This document shows positions 1-8,719 of a stretch of 64,000 bases of DNA, in pieces. The DNA is from a virus. A program made the position numbers and the translations under genes. The notes under the pieces were generated by a model. That model made no database searches. It saw only the letters and a list, made by a program, of their open reading frames with translations, and was not told the origin of the DNA. The stretch is taken from IMG/VR virus record IMGVR_UViG_3300034140_000002, positions 15,558 to 79,557 of that record. The stretch is one strand, 5' to 3'. How positions within the stretch are numbered: the stretch's first letter is position 1; each line of letters starts with the position of its first letter.

Positions 1-93
1 ACGGGTATGGTGGGTAAATACTACTACGAGATGGCTAAACACAAGCTGTGGGACTTGGACGACTATCTTGCAGAGAATCCTGCACAATTTTAA
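1..93 (+). CDS. 3' end of a gene cut by the window edge, possibly primase/helicase C-terminus
   Basis: Frame 1 open from base 1 to TAA at 91-93 (TGMVGKYYYEMAKHKLWDLDDY...), reminiscent of DnaB-like helicase C-termini; no primase/helicase elsewhere in window. Confidence 0.35.
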   Translation, partial: TGMVGKYYYEMAKHKLWDLDDYLAENPAQF

Positions 94-160
94 ATAGTCC
101 TTGCGGAGCCTCAACAACTCCGCTATAATTCTTACACAGTAACCAAACAAGGAAAACAAG

Positions 161-355
161 ATGAATCTCCGAGACGCAATTGCAATTGAAACCTTGAAGA
201 TACTTATGAGTAGCACTGAAGCAGAACAAGGCACACATAACATGGACGGCTCTGAAGAAGAAGCCGAAGAATGTGCAGACTTTTATGACAACATGGCACG
301 TGGAGCATACTTAATGGCGGACGCTATGATACGTGTACGGGAGGAAGCGAAATGA
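161..355 (+). CDS. Hypothetical phage protein
   Basis: AAGGA SD; AYxMADAMxxxR motif common in small phage proteins; ATGA-coupled to next ORF. Confidence 0.7.
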   Translation: MNLRDAIAIETLKILMSSTEAEQGTHNMDGSEEEAEECADFYDNMARGAYLMADAMIRVREEAK

Positions 356-531
356 AAATTCAATACTGGTGTTCCATCGGCTTCGGCCCAAAAATTGTTG
401 CCGAGTTTGATACTTACGAAGACTTTGGCATACCTGACGAAGATTGGAATGAGATGTCTGACGAAGAGAAAGAAGATGGCTTGGAAGACTGGGCTATGCA
501 ACATGTATCTTACGGAATTAAGGAACTCTGA
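352..531 (+). CDS. Small acidic hypothetical protein (59 aa, not in ORF track)
   Basis: GGAGG SD, ATG 352 to TGA 529-531, overlaps both neighbours by coupled start/stop. Confidence 0.6.
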   Translation: MKIQYWCSIGFGPKIVAEFDTYEDFGIPDEDWNEMSDEEKEDGLEDWAMQHVSYGIKEL

Positions 532-722
532 TGCCAACCGTAACCATAGGGTCAACATTTGGGCAAGCTCTTTGCAAGCACTTTGGACTACCTCTAGACC
601 AAGTGTCGCAACATCTCACAGTCAACGCTGGGGCAGGCGAAATATTCGGAGTGACGCTGGACATTGCACTCACAGGTGATGACGTTATGCATATTGGACT
701 TATTATGAAGGAAGCAAAATGA
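531..722 (+). CDS. Hypothetical protein
   Basis: AAGGA SD, coupled to neighbours. Confidence 0.6.
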   Translation: MPTVTIGSTFGQALCKHFGLPLDQVSQHLTVNAGAGEIFGVTLDIALTGDDVMHIGLIMKEAK

Positions 723-970
723 CACTTAAACAAACTCGACAACAAATTCTCCTTAACCGTAAAATACTGTCTACCATGTACGCAACACTTGCAGATGTTA
801 AAGCTGACAAGCGTCATTGGGACTATGTAGGTAACATCGAGGCAGAATACGCTGCACACAATTACCTGAAATGGCTTCGTAAGCAAATCGCCTCTCTTGT
901 GGTACTTCAGAAGGCTTTGAAGGCTGACTTGGCTTGGACTCTGGCTATCGACGCGGCTAGCCGGGCATGA
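719..970 (+). CDS. Hypothetical protein
   Basis: AAGGA SD, ATGA overlaps at both ends. Confidence 0.6.
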   Translation: MTLKQTRQQILLNRKILSTMYATLADVKADKRHWDYVGNIEAEYAAHNYLKWLRKQIASLVVLQKALKADLAWTLAIDAASRA

Positions 971-1485
971 GCAATTCCCGCATCAAGCTCCTCTCAGGCG
1001 GGTTCTTTGACTTCATTGACATTGAAAACAGCACGTACACTGTTGAGGACATAGCACACAACCTTAGCCACATCTGCCGCTACACAGGTGCTGTAGAACA
1101 ATTTTACAGCGTAGCACAGCATAGTGTTATTGTAAGTCACTGTGTACCTCCAGAACACGCTTTGAGCGGCTTGATGCATGATGCTAGCGAAGCATTCATG
1201 TCCGACCTTAATAGCCCTCTGAAGGCGCTCATGAAGCCCTATAAGGCTCTGGAAAAGAAAGTCGAGAAGGAAATCTTCGGACGGCTTAATCTACCCTTTC
1301 CTATGAAGAGCAGTGTTAAGGTGGCAGATGTGGCTGTATTCATGGCTGAGAATCGTGACCTGCGGGGCATTCACTCAGAGGTGGGAGATATTGAAGCTTA
1401 CGATAAGCGGATTGTCCCTTGGACAGCAGCTAAGTCTAAGAAGGAATTCCTTAAACGTTATAACGAATTGACGGAGAAAAAATAA
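967..1485 (+). CDS. HD-domain phosphohydrolase, YfbR/5'-deoxynucleotidase-like
   Basis: IAHNLSHICRY..G, YSVAQHS, LMHDASEAFMSD and K.AD motifs. Confidence 0.85.
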   Translation: MSNSRIKLLSGGFFDFIDIENSTYTVEDIAHNLSHICRYTGAVEQFYSVAQHSVIVSHCVPPEHALSGLMHDASEAFMSDLNSPLKALMKPYKALEKKVEKEIFGRLNLPFPMKSSVKVADVAVFMAENRDLRGIHSEVGDIEAYDKRIVPWTAAKSKKEFLKRYNELTEKK

Positions 1486-1584
1486 TGGTAGCTATTTTTG
1501 CATTTTTTGTGTGCTGCGCGTACAATGCGCCTTGGTACATCTTCCTGTTAGGCTTCATGTGCCTGCTGATGGATAGTAATTGAT

Positions 1585-1767
1585 ATGAATATTTGGCAAT
1601 CTGTGGAGTGCGATGCTTGGTCGAGAAACTTCAACTACGAGGATTATCTATATTTTCATATGAAGTCGGGTGACCTTGGTAGGGTGTTCACACGACAGGG
1701 CTATGAAGCTTTCTGCGAGTTAATCAACTCTGAAATGGAAAGGGACATGAATGAAGCTTTTCTTTAA
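1585..1767 (+). CDS. Hypothetical protein
   Basis: ORF in gene run, overlaps next start. Confidence 0.5.
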   Translation: MNIWQSVECDAWSRNFNYEDYLYFHMKSGDLGRVFTRQGYEAFCELINSEMERDMNEAFL

Positions 1768-2143
1768 AGCGAAAGATGGCGGTCCCGAGTCTAAAGTGAC
1801 AGGGTATTGGCTCATTGAGAGTAAGCGCTTCTTTTCAATCGCCCTGCTCCGCTTCGACAAAGGTAGCCGCGAGGCTTTCCATACGCATGCGTTCAATGCT
1901 GTGAGTTGGGTGTTGTGGGGTGGCTTGAAAGAGCATGTCCTTAATCTGCCACTTAAACTGTTTGCGTATGGCCCGAGTCTTAAGCCTATTATCACACCTC
2001 GTGACCGCTTCCATCGTGTGTTCGGTATGGCAGACGTAACATGGGCACTAACCTTTCGCGGCCCTTGGGACGCAACTTGGAAAGAATGGCTCCCTGCTGA
2101 GGATAAGGAAATTACATTGACGAATGGGAGGGTGGTTGTATGA
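1751..2143 (+). CDS. Cupin-like hypothetical protein
   Basis: FHTHAF...G.L.EH and RFHRV resemble the two cupin metal-binding motifs. Confidence 0.55.
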   Translation: MKLFFKAKDGGPESKVTGYWLIESKRFFSIALLRFDKGSREAFHTHAFNAVSWVLWGGLKEHVLNLPLKLFAYGPSLKPIITPRDRFHRVFGMADVTWALTFRGPWDATWKEWLPAEDKEITLTNGRVVV

Positions 2144-2619
2144 CTAAACATGTAATCTACGAAGAATTAGAGGAAAGTGATTGGATTTGCGCCCTCGAAG
2201 ATAAAACTGTTGAAGAGGCTATTCAGTGGCTTAGTGACTACCAGCGCGACTACGTGCTAGAGGTAGACTACAATTGGGACAGTAAGGATGGTAAAATCAC
2301 AGTAGCTCGTATGGAGACAGACGAAGAAGAACACGCTCGTGAGAACGCAGCAGCTATAGCGGAAGCTAAGAAGCTTGCTGATAAGGCTGTGCAAGAGAAA
2401 GCTATGGCTGCATACGAAGAGAGCCTTCTGCAAAGCAAAGTGGCAATGGACGTTGCTGTGTGGGCTTACCTAGAGAAACACAAAGATAATCCTCGTAAGG
2501 GTGACTTGGGCAACCTTTATCGTGCTAAGATTAACCTTGAACAAGCAGGTCATGGGCCGGGAAGTATTGCTGCCAAGGGTATTGAGGAATGCATGGAGAG
2601 GCTTGAAAATGGCACCTGA
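2140..2619 (+). CDS. Hypothetical protein with coiled-coil segment
   Basis: GGAGG SD, ATGA overlap. Confidence 0.65.
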   Translation: MTKHVIYEELEESDWICALEDKTVEEAIQWLSDYQRDYVLEVDYNWDSKDGKITVARMETDEEEHARENAAAIAEAKKLADKAVQEKAMAAYEESLLQSKVAMDVAVWAYLEKHKDNPRKGDLGNLYRAKINLEQAGHGPGSIAAKGIEECMERLENGT

Positions 2620-3031
2620 ATGCATGTTGGATAAAGCTTGGCAAGCTGCTGTAGCTTATCATGGCGATCAAATGTACGGAGGTAGGCCGTATGCTTGGCA
2701 TCTTGTACAAGTGGCAAACAGTTTGGATGCTTACAGTGCTGAGCATATTGCCGTGGCATATTTGCATGACATCCTAGAGGACACTGCGTACACTGAGGAA
2801 GATTTGCGCATGACGTTTCCACAAGATGTGGCCGATGCTGTGGTGGCTATGACGAAGGTGGATGGCGAGGAGTACGGAGATTACATTCAAAAAGTGATTG
2901 ATAACGATATTGCCCATGTTGTCAAGATGTACGATACTATCTGCAACCTGCAAGAGAGTTTGAATACACAACAGTGGCGAAGAGTGCTGAAGTATTCAAG
3001 TCAATTGGCAATGCTGGCTAGACATAAATAG
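2609..3031 (+). CDS. RelA/SpoT-type HD hydrolase (small alarmone hydrolase / Mesh1-like)
   Basis: YHGDQMYGGRPYAWHL..VA and AYLHDILEDT motifs; ATG 2609 preferred over 2501. Confidence 0.8.
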   Translation: MAPECMLDKAWQAAVAYHGDQMYGGRPYAWHLVQVANSLDAYSAEHIAVAYLHDILEDTAYTEEDLRMTFPQDVADAVVAMTKVDGEEYGDYIQKVIDNDIAHVVKMYDTICNLQESLNTQQWRRVLKYSSQLAMLARHK

Positions 3032-3038
3032 GAGAGCT

Positions 3039-5468
3039 ATGCGTGTAGTTTTTGATAATGAAACGAACGGATTTTTGGATCACACAAGTATCGACTACAC
3101 TGCAAGTCCCTATAAGTTGTTGGGTTCTTATAAACTGCATTGTATCGCTGCTAAGGACATTGACACGGGCGAGATTTACACATTTGTGCAAGGGGAGTGC
3201 TACACAAAGTTTGTAGAGTGGAGCAAGAAAGTGACTATGTTCATTGGTCACAATATCATTAACTTTGACATGCTAGTTCTCAAGTTGGCTCTTGGTTTGA
3301 ATTACACAATCGGAGATATTGACACGTTTGATGGCCGTCCTGTTGTGATCTTCGATACGATGATTGCTAGCAAAGTATTGAATCCAGACCGTTACGGTGG
3401 TCATTCTATTGAAGCTTGGGGCAAGACTCTCGGCCTTGAGAAAATTGACTGGCGCAGCAAAGCTATCGAAATCGGTCTTATCCAAGCTAACGATCCTGAC
3501 GGAGCAGAGTTTCAGACGTATCACCCTGAGATGCTTGTATACAATATTCGTGACGTAGAAGTGAATCACAAAGTGTACAATGCGTTGCTTAAAGAGTGGG
3601 GCGACTGGCCTTGGCAAGATGCTTTTAAGCTTGAGCAGAAGGTAGCAGAGATTATCACTCGCCAACAGCACCGTGGATTCTGGTACGATAAGAAGCTTGC
3701 TGAAGAGTGTGTGCGAGATTTGGATATTAAGATGGAAGAGATTCGCAATATTGTGGAACCTCTTATTCCTCCGCGTCCTCTTGCTAAGACTAAGCAGGCG
3801 TTGTACACTCCGACGAAAACGCAGTTTCTTAAATCGGGAGTGCCTAACACGCACATTAAGAACTTCATCGCCAAACATGGAGGTGTGCTAGAGAAGCGAG
3901 ATGGCAGCTATTTTACAACGCTGTTTGGCAAGGAACACAAACTGCCAATTCCTTGTGAGCCTCTGGTTGCCACAGAACCGGGAAAGCTGAGCAGCAGCGC
4001 TGGGGATAGTGCCCACATCAAGGGCTGGCTTATGACGGAGTTTAAGTGGAACCCTTCGCAATACAAGGAGCGAGACTTAACCTGTGATAGTAAGAAAAAG
4101 AAAATTAGTCAAGAGAAGTTTGAAGCTGCTGTAGAGAAGTATGTAGAACAAACGTTGGCTTCGCCCTTCTGTCATGATCGTTGCTACGAATTAGAAGTGA
4201 AGCCTCACAGATTACGGGATAAGTTGCTTAATCATGACATCAAGCGACCTCTTAAAGTGTACACTAACCCTACGCTCACTGTTGGGCAGGAGAAGGAAAT
4301 TGACCCTAATCTTTTGGCTATTGCAGATAAGTTTCCTCATGCAAAGCTTGTGTCTGATTACTTCACCTATACTCACCGTAGGAACAGCATTCTTGGCGGT
4401 GGTGTGGACCCTGACGATGATGAGGAGGAACCAGAGAAAGGCTTCTTGAGTGAGCCACGGCTTGAGCTAGACGGACGTATTCCTACTCCTGCTGGCACTT
4501 GTGACGCGGCAACAAGTCGCATGAAACATCGCAGAGTAGCCAACATAAGTAGAACTAGCAGTTTGTACGGTAAGCAAATGCGCTCGCAGTTTGGAGTAGA
4601 TTTGGAGGATGGCTTTCTGCAAATGGCTTTCGACTTTGACAGCTTGGAAGCTAAGATGGAAACTCATGCTGTATTCAAGTATCCGGGTGGGCCTGAGTAT
4701 GGTGTGAGTCTTACGGCTGAGAAGCCTAACGATTGTCACTCAGTATTGGCACGAGCTATTACAGAGATGTTGGGACGAGAGTTTCCCCGGCAGTCTGCTA
4801 AGCCTGTCAAGTACGGTTGCAGTTATAATGCACAGCCTAAGCGTGTAGCAAAGACAGTGGGCTGCTCTCTGGAGGATGGTAACGTTATTTTCGATGCATT
4901 CTGGCTGCAAGCTGCACCTCTGAAGTTGCTCAAAGAAGCTATGCAGAAGTATTGGGAAGGACCGGGACAGAAGAAATTCATCCCAGCTATTGACAAGCGT
5001 AAGCTGCCAATCCGTTCCAAGGGTAACGTGATTAACAGTTATCTACAAAGTGCTGGTGTTATATGTGCTAAACGTGCTATGGTGATGCATGATAAGATGT
5101 TGGAAGATGAAGGTCTGTTAGTAGACTTCTTTGCAGACGATTGGAAGAACAAAGATTTCTGTCAACAGATGATCGCGTATCATGATGAGGCTCAGTACGA
5201 AGTTAGGCGCACGGCTGTGACGTTCAAAACGTTTATGATTGGTGATGACGAGAAGGCTGCGGAAAAGGCTGCGAAGGCTTTTAAGGCTGTTCAGACCGAT
5301 AAAGTATGGTCTGACGTAGGCCACACAGATAAAATGTATTACGTGGCTTACAACCGCGCTGGAGAGCTTGCAACAGAGGCTGTGCGTATGTCGGGAGAGT
5401 ATTACAACTTGAACGTGGAGCTTACAGCAGGCTACATGATCGGCACTAACTGGGCAACTTGTCACTAG
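3039..5468 (+). CDS. DNA polymerase family A with N-terminal 3'-5' exonuclease
   Basis: Exo motifs FDNET, GHNIINFD, YNIRDV; polymerase motifs A (DFDSLEAK), B (RQSAKPVKYG, Tyr at the 762-equivalent as in T7) and C (YHDEAQ). Confidence 0.95.
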   Translation: MRVVFDNETNGFLDHTSIDYTASPYKLLGSYKLHCIAAKDIDTGEIYTFVQGECYTKFVEWSKKVTMFIGHNIINFDMLVLKLALGLNYTIGDIDTFDGRPVVIFDTMIASKVLNPDRYGGHSIEAWGKTLGLEKIDWRSKAIEIGLIQANDPDGAEFQTYHPEMLVYNIRDVEVNHKVYNALLKEWGDWPWQDAFKLEQKVAEIITRQQHRGFWYDKKLAEECVRDLDIKMEEIRNIVEPLIPPRPLAKTKQALYTPTKTQFLKSGVPNTHIKNFIAKHGGVLEKRDGSYFTTLFGKEHKLPIPCEPLVATEPGKLSSSAGDSAHIKGWLMTEFKWNPSQYKERDLTCDSKKKKISQEKFEAAVEKYVEQTLASPFCHDRCYELEVKPHRLRDKLLNHDIKRPLKVYTNPTLTVGQEKEIDPNLLAIADKFPHAKLVSDYFTYTHRRNSILGGGVDPDDDEEEPEKGFLSEPRLELDGRIPTPAGTCDAATSRMKHRRVANISRTSSLYGKQMRSQFGVDLEDGFLQMAFDFDSLEAKMETHAVFKYPGGPEYGVSLTAEKPNDCHSVLARAITEMLGREFPRQSAKPVKYGCSYNAQPKRVAKTVGCSLEDGNVIFDAFWLQAAPLKLLKEAMQKYWEGPGQKKFIPAIDKRKLPIRSKGNVINSYLQSAGVICAKRAMVMHDKMLEDEGLLVDFFADDWKNKDFCQQMIAYHDEAQYEVRRTAVTFKTFMIGDDEKAAEKAAKAFKAVQTDKVWSDVGHTDKMYYVAYNRAGELATEAVRMSGEYYNLNVELTAGYMIGTNWATCH

Positions 5469-5549
5469 GAGAAGAGATGGAAAAAGACTACGCATGGAAT
5501 GGATATCGCTGGCAGCGCATTCCTAATGAAGCATACACGGAGGATTACA

Positions 5550-5936
5550 ATGATTAAAACTAACACAAAACAAATGATTGACGTAGGCGACTTCAACACT
5601 CTTGTAGAGAAAACCTACGGACGCCCTTACAACTTCCAGCAACAAGATGGTTGCAAGGAGCGTCAGAATGTTAACATCACTGTACCAGAGGGTGCATACG
5701 ATTTTGAGAATGACACCATTCCAGAAGAAGTTAATGGCGAGGAAATGGGCGTAAGCTTTGCAGCGTGGCTTGCTCGTGATCCTCAAGAATGGAGTGGGAA
5801 AGAAGGTTCAAAAAGTTTTATGCGCTCCTTATTCTGGGAACGCAATTTCTACCCAGATGTGCAAATGGTTGTCAACGACTTGCACGCTAAAGGGTTGTTC
5901 CCGGCTGGCGAGTATGTTATTAACATTGATTGGTGA
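5550..5936 (+). CDS. Conserved-looking hypothetical phage protein
   Basis: GGAGG SD before ATG 5550. Confidence 0.7.
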   Translation: MIKTNTKQMIDVGDFNTLVEKTYGRPYNFQQQDGCKERQNVNITVPEGAYDFENDTIPEEVNGEEMGVSFAAWLARDPQEWSGKEGSKSFMRSLFWERNFYPDVQMVVNDLHAKGLFPAGEYVINIDW

Positions 5937-5939
5937 TAT

Positions 5940-6152
5940 ATGAAAGTTAAAGAATTAATAGCAGCCCTACAACTCTGCGACCAAGAATTAGAAGTGTACA
6001 GCTATTGCGATCACGGACAAAGCCCCGAGAAGGCTGATGTCCCAAGCATGATTTACACCACTGAGGATGCATTCTGCTTGTGGGACGAATACTCTCATGA
6101 CGCTGATGACGCAGATGAGTATGGATACACTCATAAGGCTATCATGCTATGA
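5940..6152 (+). CDS. Hypothetical protein
   Basis: MKVKELIAALQ start typical of small phage proteins. Confidence 0.65.
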   Translation: MKVKELIAALQLCDQELEVYSYCDHGQSPEKADVPSMIYTTEDAFCLWDEYSHDADDADEYGYTHKAIML

Positions 6153-6292
6153 CTAACACACGAGTACAAGGGTATCGAGATTACTACGATGGCATCTACG
6201 ATTGCCCATATAGCCATGAAACAGAGCACGAACTCTGGAGTGATTGGTGTGACGGCCAAATGGAAGCTGAGTGCGAGGACGAAGGTAAATGA
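6149..6292 (+). CDS. Rmf/CrpP-like small protein (47 aa, not in ORF track)
   Basis: Hand translation MTNTRVQGYRDYYDGIYDCPYSHETEHELWSDWCDGQMEAECEDEGK; ATGA overlaps at both ends. Confidence 0.6.
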   Translation: MTNTRVQGYRDYYDGIYDCPYSHETEHELWSDWCDGQMEAECEDEGK

Positions 6293-6474
6293 CAGAAATG
6301 CTCCTAACAGATGCAGAAGTGTTGCTTGTCCTTATGGACAGGAAGCGCTGTGCGGACATACTATTTATTACTGAAATGCGTAAAACCTGCCAGCACGATT
6401 GGGCTTACATCGGGCATGGGCATAGCGATGATATGTACGAATGCAGCCTTTGTGGTGAAACTAAGTGGGAGTGA
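6289..6474 (+). CDS. Hypothetical protein with C-terminal CQH...C..C zinc-ribbon-like motif
   Basis: Coupled start; Cys/His pattern. Confidence 0.45.
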   Translation: MTEMLLTDAEVLLVLMDRKRCADILFITEMRKTCQHDWAYIGHGHSDDMYECSLCGETKWE

Positions 6475-6681
6475 ATGATGACTGACTACAGTGTGTTAGA
6501 AATTTGGCATAACCCAAAAACTATCGAACAAGCTTTAAGTATCGCACGGGACAGTATAAGGTTCTCCCGCGTAAAAGAATCTTACTTCACAAATTATGCT
6601 ACATTTGAGCCACATGTGTGGGTCGTGGATGCTATTTGTTGTGCCCTCTCTGGTCAATATTATATCCTTGAAGACTCATGA
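6475..6681 (+). CDS. Hypothetical protein
   Basis: GGGAG SD, in gene run. Confidence 0.5.
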   Translation: MMTDYSVLEIWHNPKTIEQALSIARDSIRFSRVKESYFTNYATFEPHVWVVDAICCALSGQYYILEDS

Positions 6682-6881
6682 TGACTGACGAATTTGACAT
6701 GTTTTTAGCAGTACAACGAGAAGAGGTTAGTTATTATGCTTTTCAGAAGTGGATGACAGAGCAGAGGGAAAATGTTGACGAAGAACTCTGGCAGCGCATC
6801 TACGACCAAGGATACGGCGACGGCAGTACCCAGTCTTGGGAAGACGCCTATGTAGCTGCTAAAGAAGAACTGGGCGTATAG
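6678..6881 (+). CDS. Hypothetical acidic protein
   Basis: ATGA overlap, in gene run. Confidence 0.55.
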   Translation: MMTDEFDMFLAVQREEVSYYAFQKWMTEQRENVDEELWQRIYDQGYGDGSTQSWEDAYVAAKEELGV

Positions 6882-7298
6882 ATGGGACGCCGCAAACGCT
6901 CTGAACGCCTAGATTGCAAGCCACCCAGCAGGCGTGCTAAGGCTAAGTGGGCCAAGCTCATCAAGCTCTGCACGCAGATTGTTATTACGTGGCCTAGCAA
7001 TAGCGTCACACAGAAAAGCCCTCTTGTGCAGATTGTATGGCCTGTGGTGGCTGGTGCAGTGTTAGAGCGTCCAGAAGATTGGCCCATAAGTAAGGGGTTT
7101 GTCAAGACAGACACAACATTTACAGCTAAATATAATTGTGAAACTCTGCTTGATTGGTTTTACGCTAGGCGCTATATAGACTACAATGCCGACTCTTTGA
7201 TGAAGCAGAGGGCAAGCTTTATGGGTAAGATGAGCACCACCGAATATTGGGCAGAACAGTTTCTTAGATATGGAGATGACATTGGAAGTGACAGCTAA
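6882..7298 (+). CDS. Hypothetical protein
   Basis: Fills gap between flanking genes; start uncertain. Confidence 0.4.
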   Translation: MGRRKRSERLDCKPPSRRAKAKWAKLIKLCTQIVITWPSNSVTQKSPLVQIVWPVVAGAVLERPEDWPISKGFVKTDTTFTAKYNCETLLDWFYARRYIDYNADSLMKQRASFMGKMSTTEYWAEQFLRYGDDIGSDS

Positions 7299-7461
7299 AG
7301 ATAAAATTTGGGCTGAGGGTTATGCAGCCTACGAAAACGAGGAAGATTGTGCTGTGAATCCTTATGATAAATATTTAACGCCTGCACAATATGAAATTTG
7401 GGAAGATGGATGGTATGACGCCTTCAATGAGGAATTTCCTGAAGTGAAACACTATGAGTAA
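7270..7461 (+). CDS. Rmf/CrpP-like small protein
   Basis: WAEGYAAY...NPY...IWEDGWYDA pattern. Confidence 0.6.
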   Translation: MEMTLEVTAKDKIWAEGYAAYENEEDCAVNPYDKYLTPAQYEIWEDGWYDAFNEEFPEVKHYE

Positions 7462-8110
7462 CGTAAAGCACTTCCAAGAAAACACAACCGGCATTGACTA
7501 CGTTGTGGGGGATATTCATGGCTGCTTTGAGGTTTTAGAAGAAACTCTATGTCATCTAAATTTCAACCCCACTGTAGACCGACTATTCTCTGTAGGAGAC
7601 TTAGTTGACCGTGGCCCAGCATCCGAAGATAGCTTGGATTGGCTTGCTAAGCCTTGGTTCCATGCTGTACGGGGCAATCATGAGCAGATGGCTATCGACC
7701 TCCAAACTTATGGTGAAGACATGTACGCTCGGCATAATGGTATGGGTTGGATATTGGATATGCCGAAGAGCCATCAGAAGCTCTATGCAGAGTGCTTCAA
7801 AGACTTACCATTGGCTATTGACATCACTGTGGGTGATAAGAAGTATGGTATTGTGCATGCTGATGTACCTGTTGGAGATTGGGACGATATTGAAGCTGCT
7901 CTCGATGGGCACAATGCAGACGGATATGCTAACCTTGCTATGTGGGGTAGGGATAGAATTAACTACAAGGATAAAAGCATTATTAAGAACGTAGAAGTTG
8001 TTTATGTGGGACATACACCACTAAAGGAAGTGACACCTCTTGGTAATGTTCTGTTTATTGACACGGGAGCTTGCTTTAAGGGTGCTCTCACTGTGATGAG
8101 GATGTATTGA
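7454..8110 (+). CDS. Ser/Thr protein phosphatase-type metallophosphoesterase (lambda NinI/PphA family)
   Basis: GDIHG, GDLVDRG, RGNHE, VHAD, GHT and IDTGA motifs. Confidence 0.9.
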   Translation: MSNVKHFQENTTGIDYVVGDIHGCFEVLEETLCHLNFNPTVDRLFSVGDLVDRGPASEDSLDWLAKPWFHAVRGNHEQMAIDLQTYGEDMYARHNGMGWILDMPKSHQKLYAECFKDLPLAIDITVGDKKYGIVHADVPVGDWDDIEAALDGHNADGYANLAMWGRDRINYKDKSIIKNVEVVYVGHTPLKEVTPLGNVLFIDTGACFKGALTVMRMY

Positions 8111-8496
8111 TGACGTACGAAGATGTTTACGAACAAATTAGGGCAGGGGATATGAGTTTTAAGGAATTTGAACAGTGGGCCATAAACTCCCATACTGAGT
8201 CTTTTGATGAGGGTTATCAAGAAGCGATTGACGATGAGCGGAGCAACTACTAATGAGCTATATGGCACAACTAATGATTGCATGGGCAATGTTTGTGGAT
8301 TGGTTTAAAGAGACTTTTGGAAGTGGTGTGAATTTTCCTACGGAGCGTGACAAATGATTAGCCTACTGTGTGTGATGGTGAGTATGTTTGTAGTTGGCTT
8401 GTGCATGTATCAGGGGAGCTACGGATATGCTGCATTTAATTTTACAGCAGCAGTCCTCAACGCCTATTTTGTTTTAGAAAAGATGGGAATCTTTGC

Positions 8497-8525
8497 TTGA
8501 CAGGAGGAAACAACTTCTGTATAAT
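8497..8525 (+). promoter_or_regulatory. Consensus sigma70 promoter driving tRNA and SSB-like gene
   Basis: TTGACA (8497-8502), 17 bp, TATAAT (8520-8525). Confidence 0.9.
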
Positions 8526-8537
8526 ACTCATTACATT

Positions 8538-8614
8538 GTCCCGGTAGCATAATTGGTGAATGCAGCGAACTCATAATTCGTTGATTACAGGTTCAAGTCC
8601 TGTTCGGGATACCA
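8538..8614 (+). tRNA. tRNA with CAT anticodon (Ile2-lysidine or elongator Met)
   Basis: Cloverleaf: GTCCCGG/TCGGGAT acceptor, GCAT/ATGC D stem, GCGAA-CTCATAA-TTCGT, ACAGG-TTCAAGT-CCTGT, encoded ACCA. Confidence 0.9.
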
Positions 8615-8719
8615 AAGAATTACAGTAGCATAGTAATGGCTCAGCTACGCTGAGAGTCCTTACGGACAAAGCCTGTGTGGGCATTCACACATATTATATT
8701 TTAAACAAAAGGAAATACA

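Noticed and set aside
2501-2608. Longer N-terminus for the SpoT-like hydrolase
   Set aside because: Overlaps upstream gene by 119 bp and homology motifs begin after ATG 2609
967-5468. 2-aminoadenine (Z) genome pathway
   Set aside because: No purZ in the window; HD and MazG-like genes alone are common in unmodified phages
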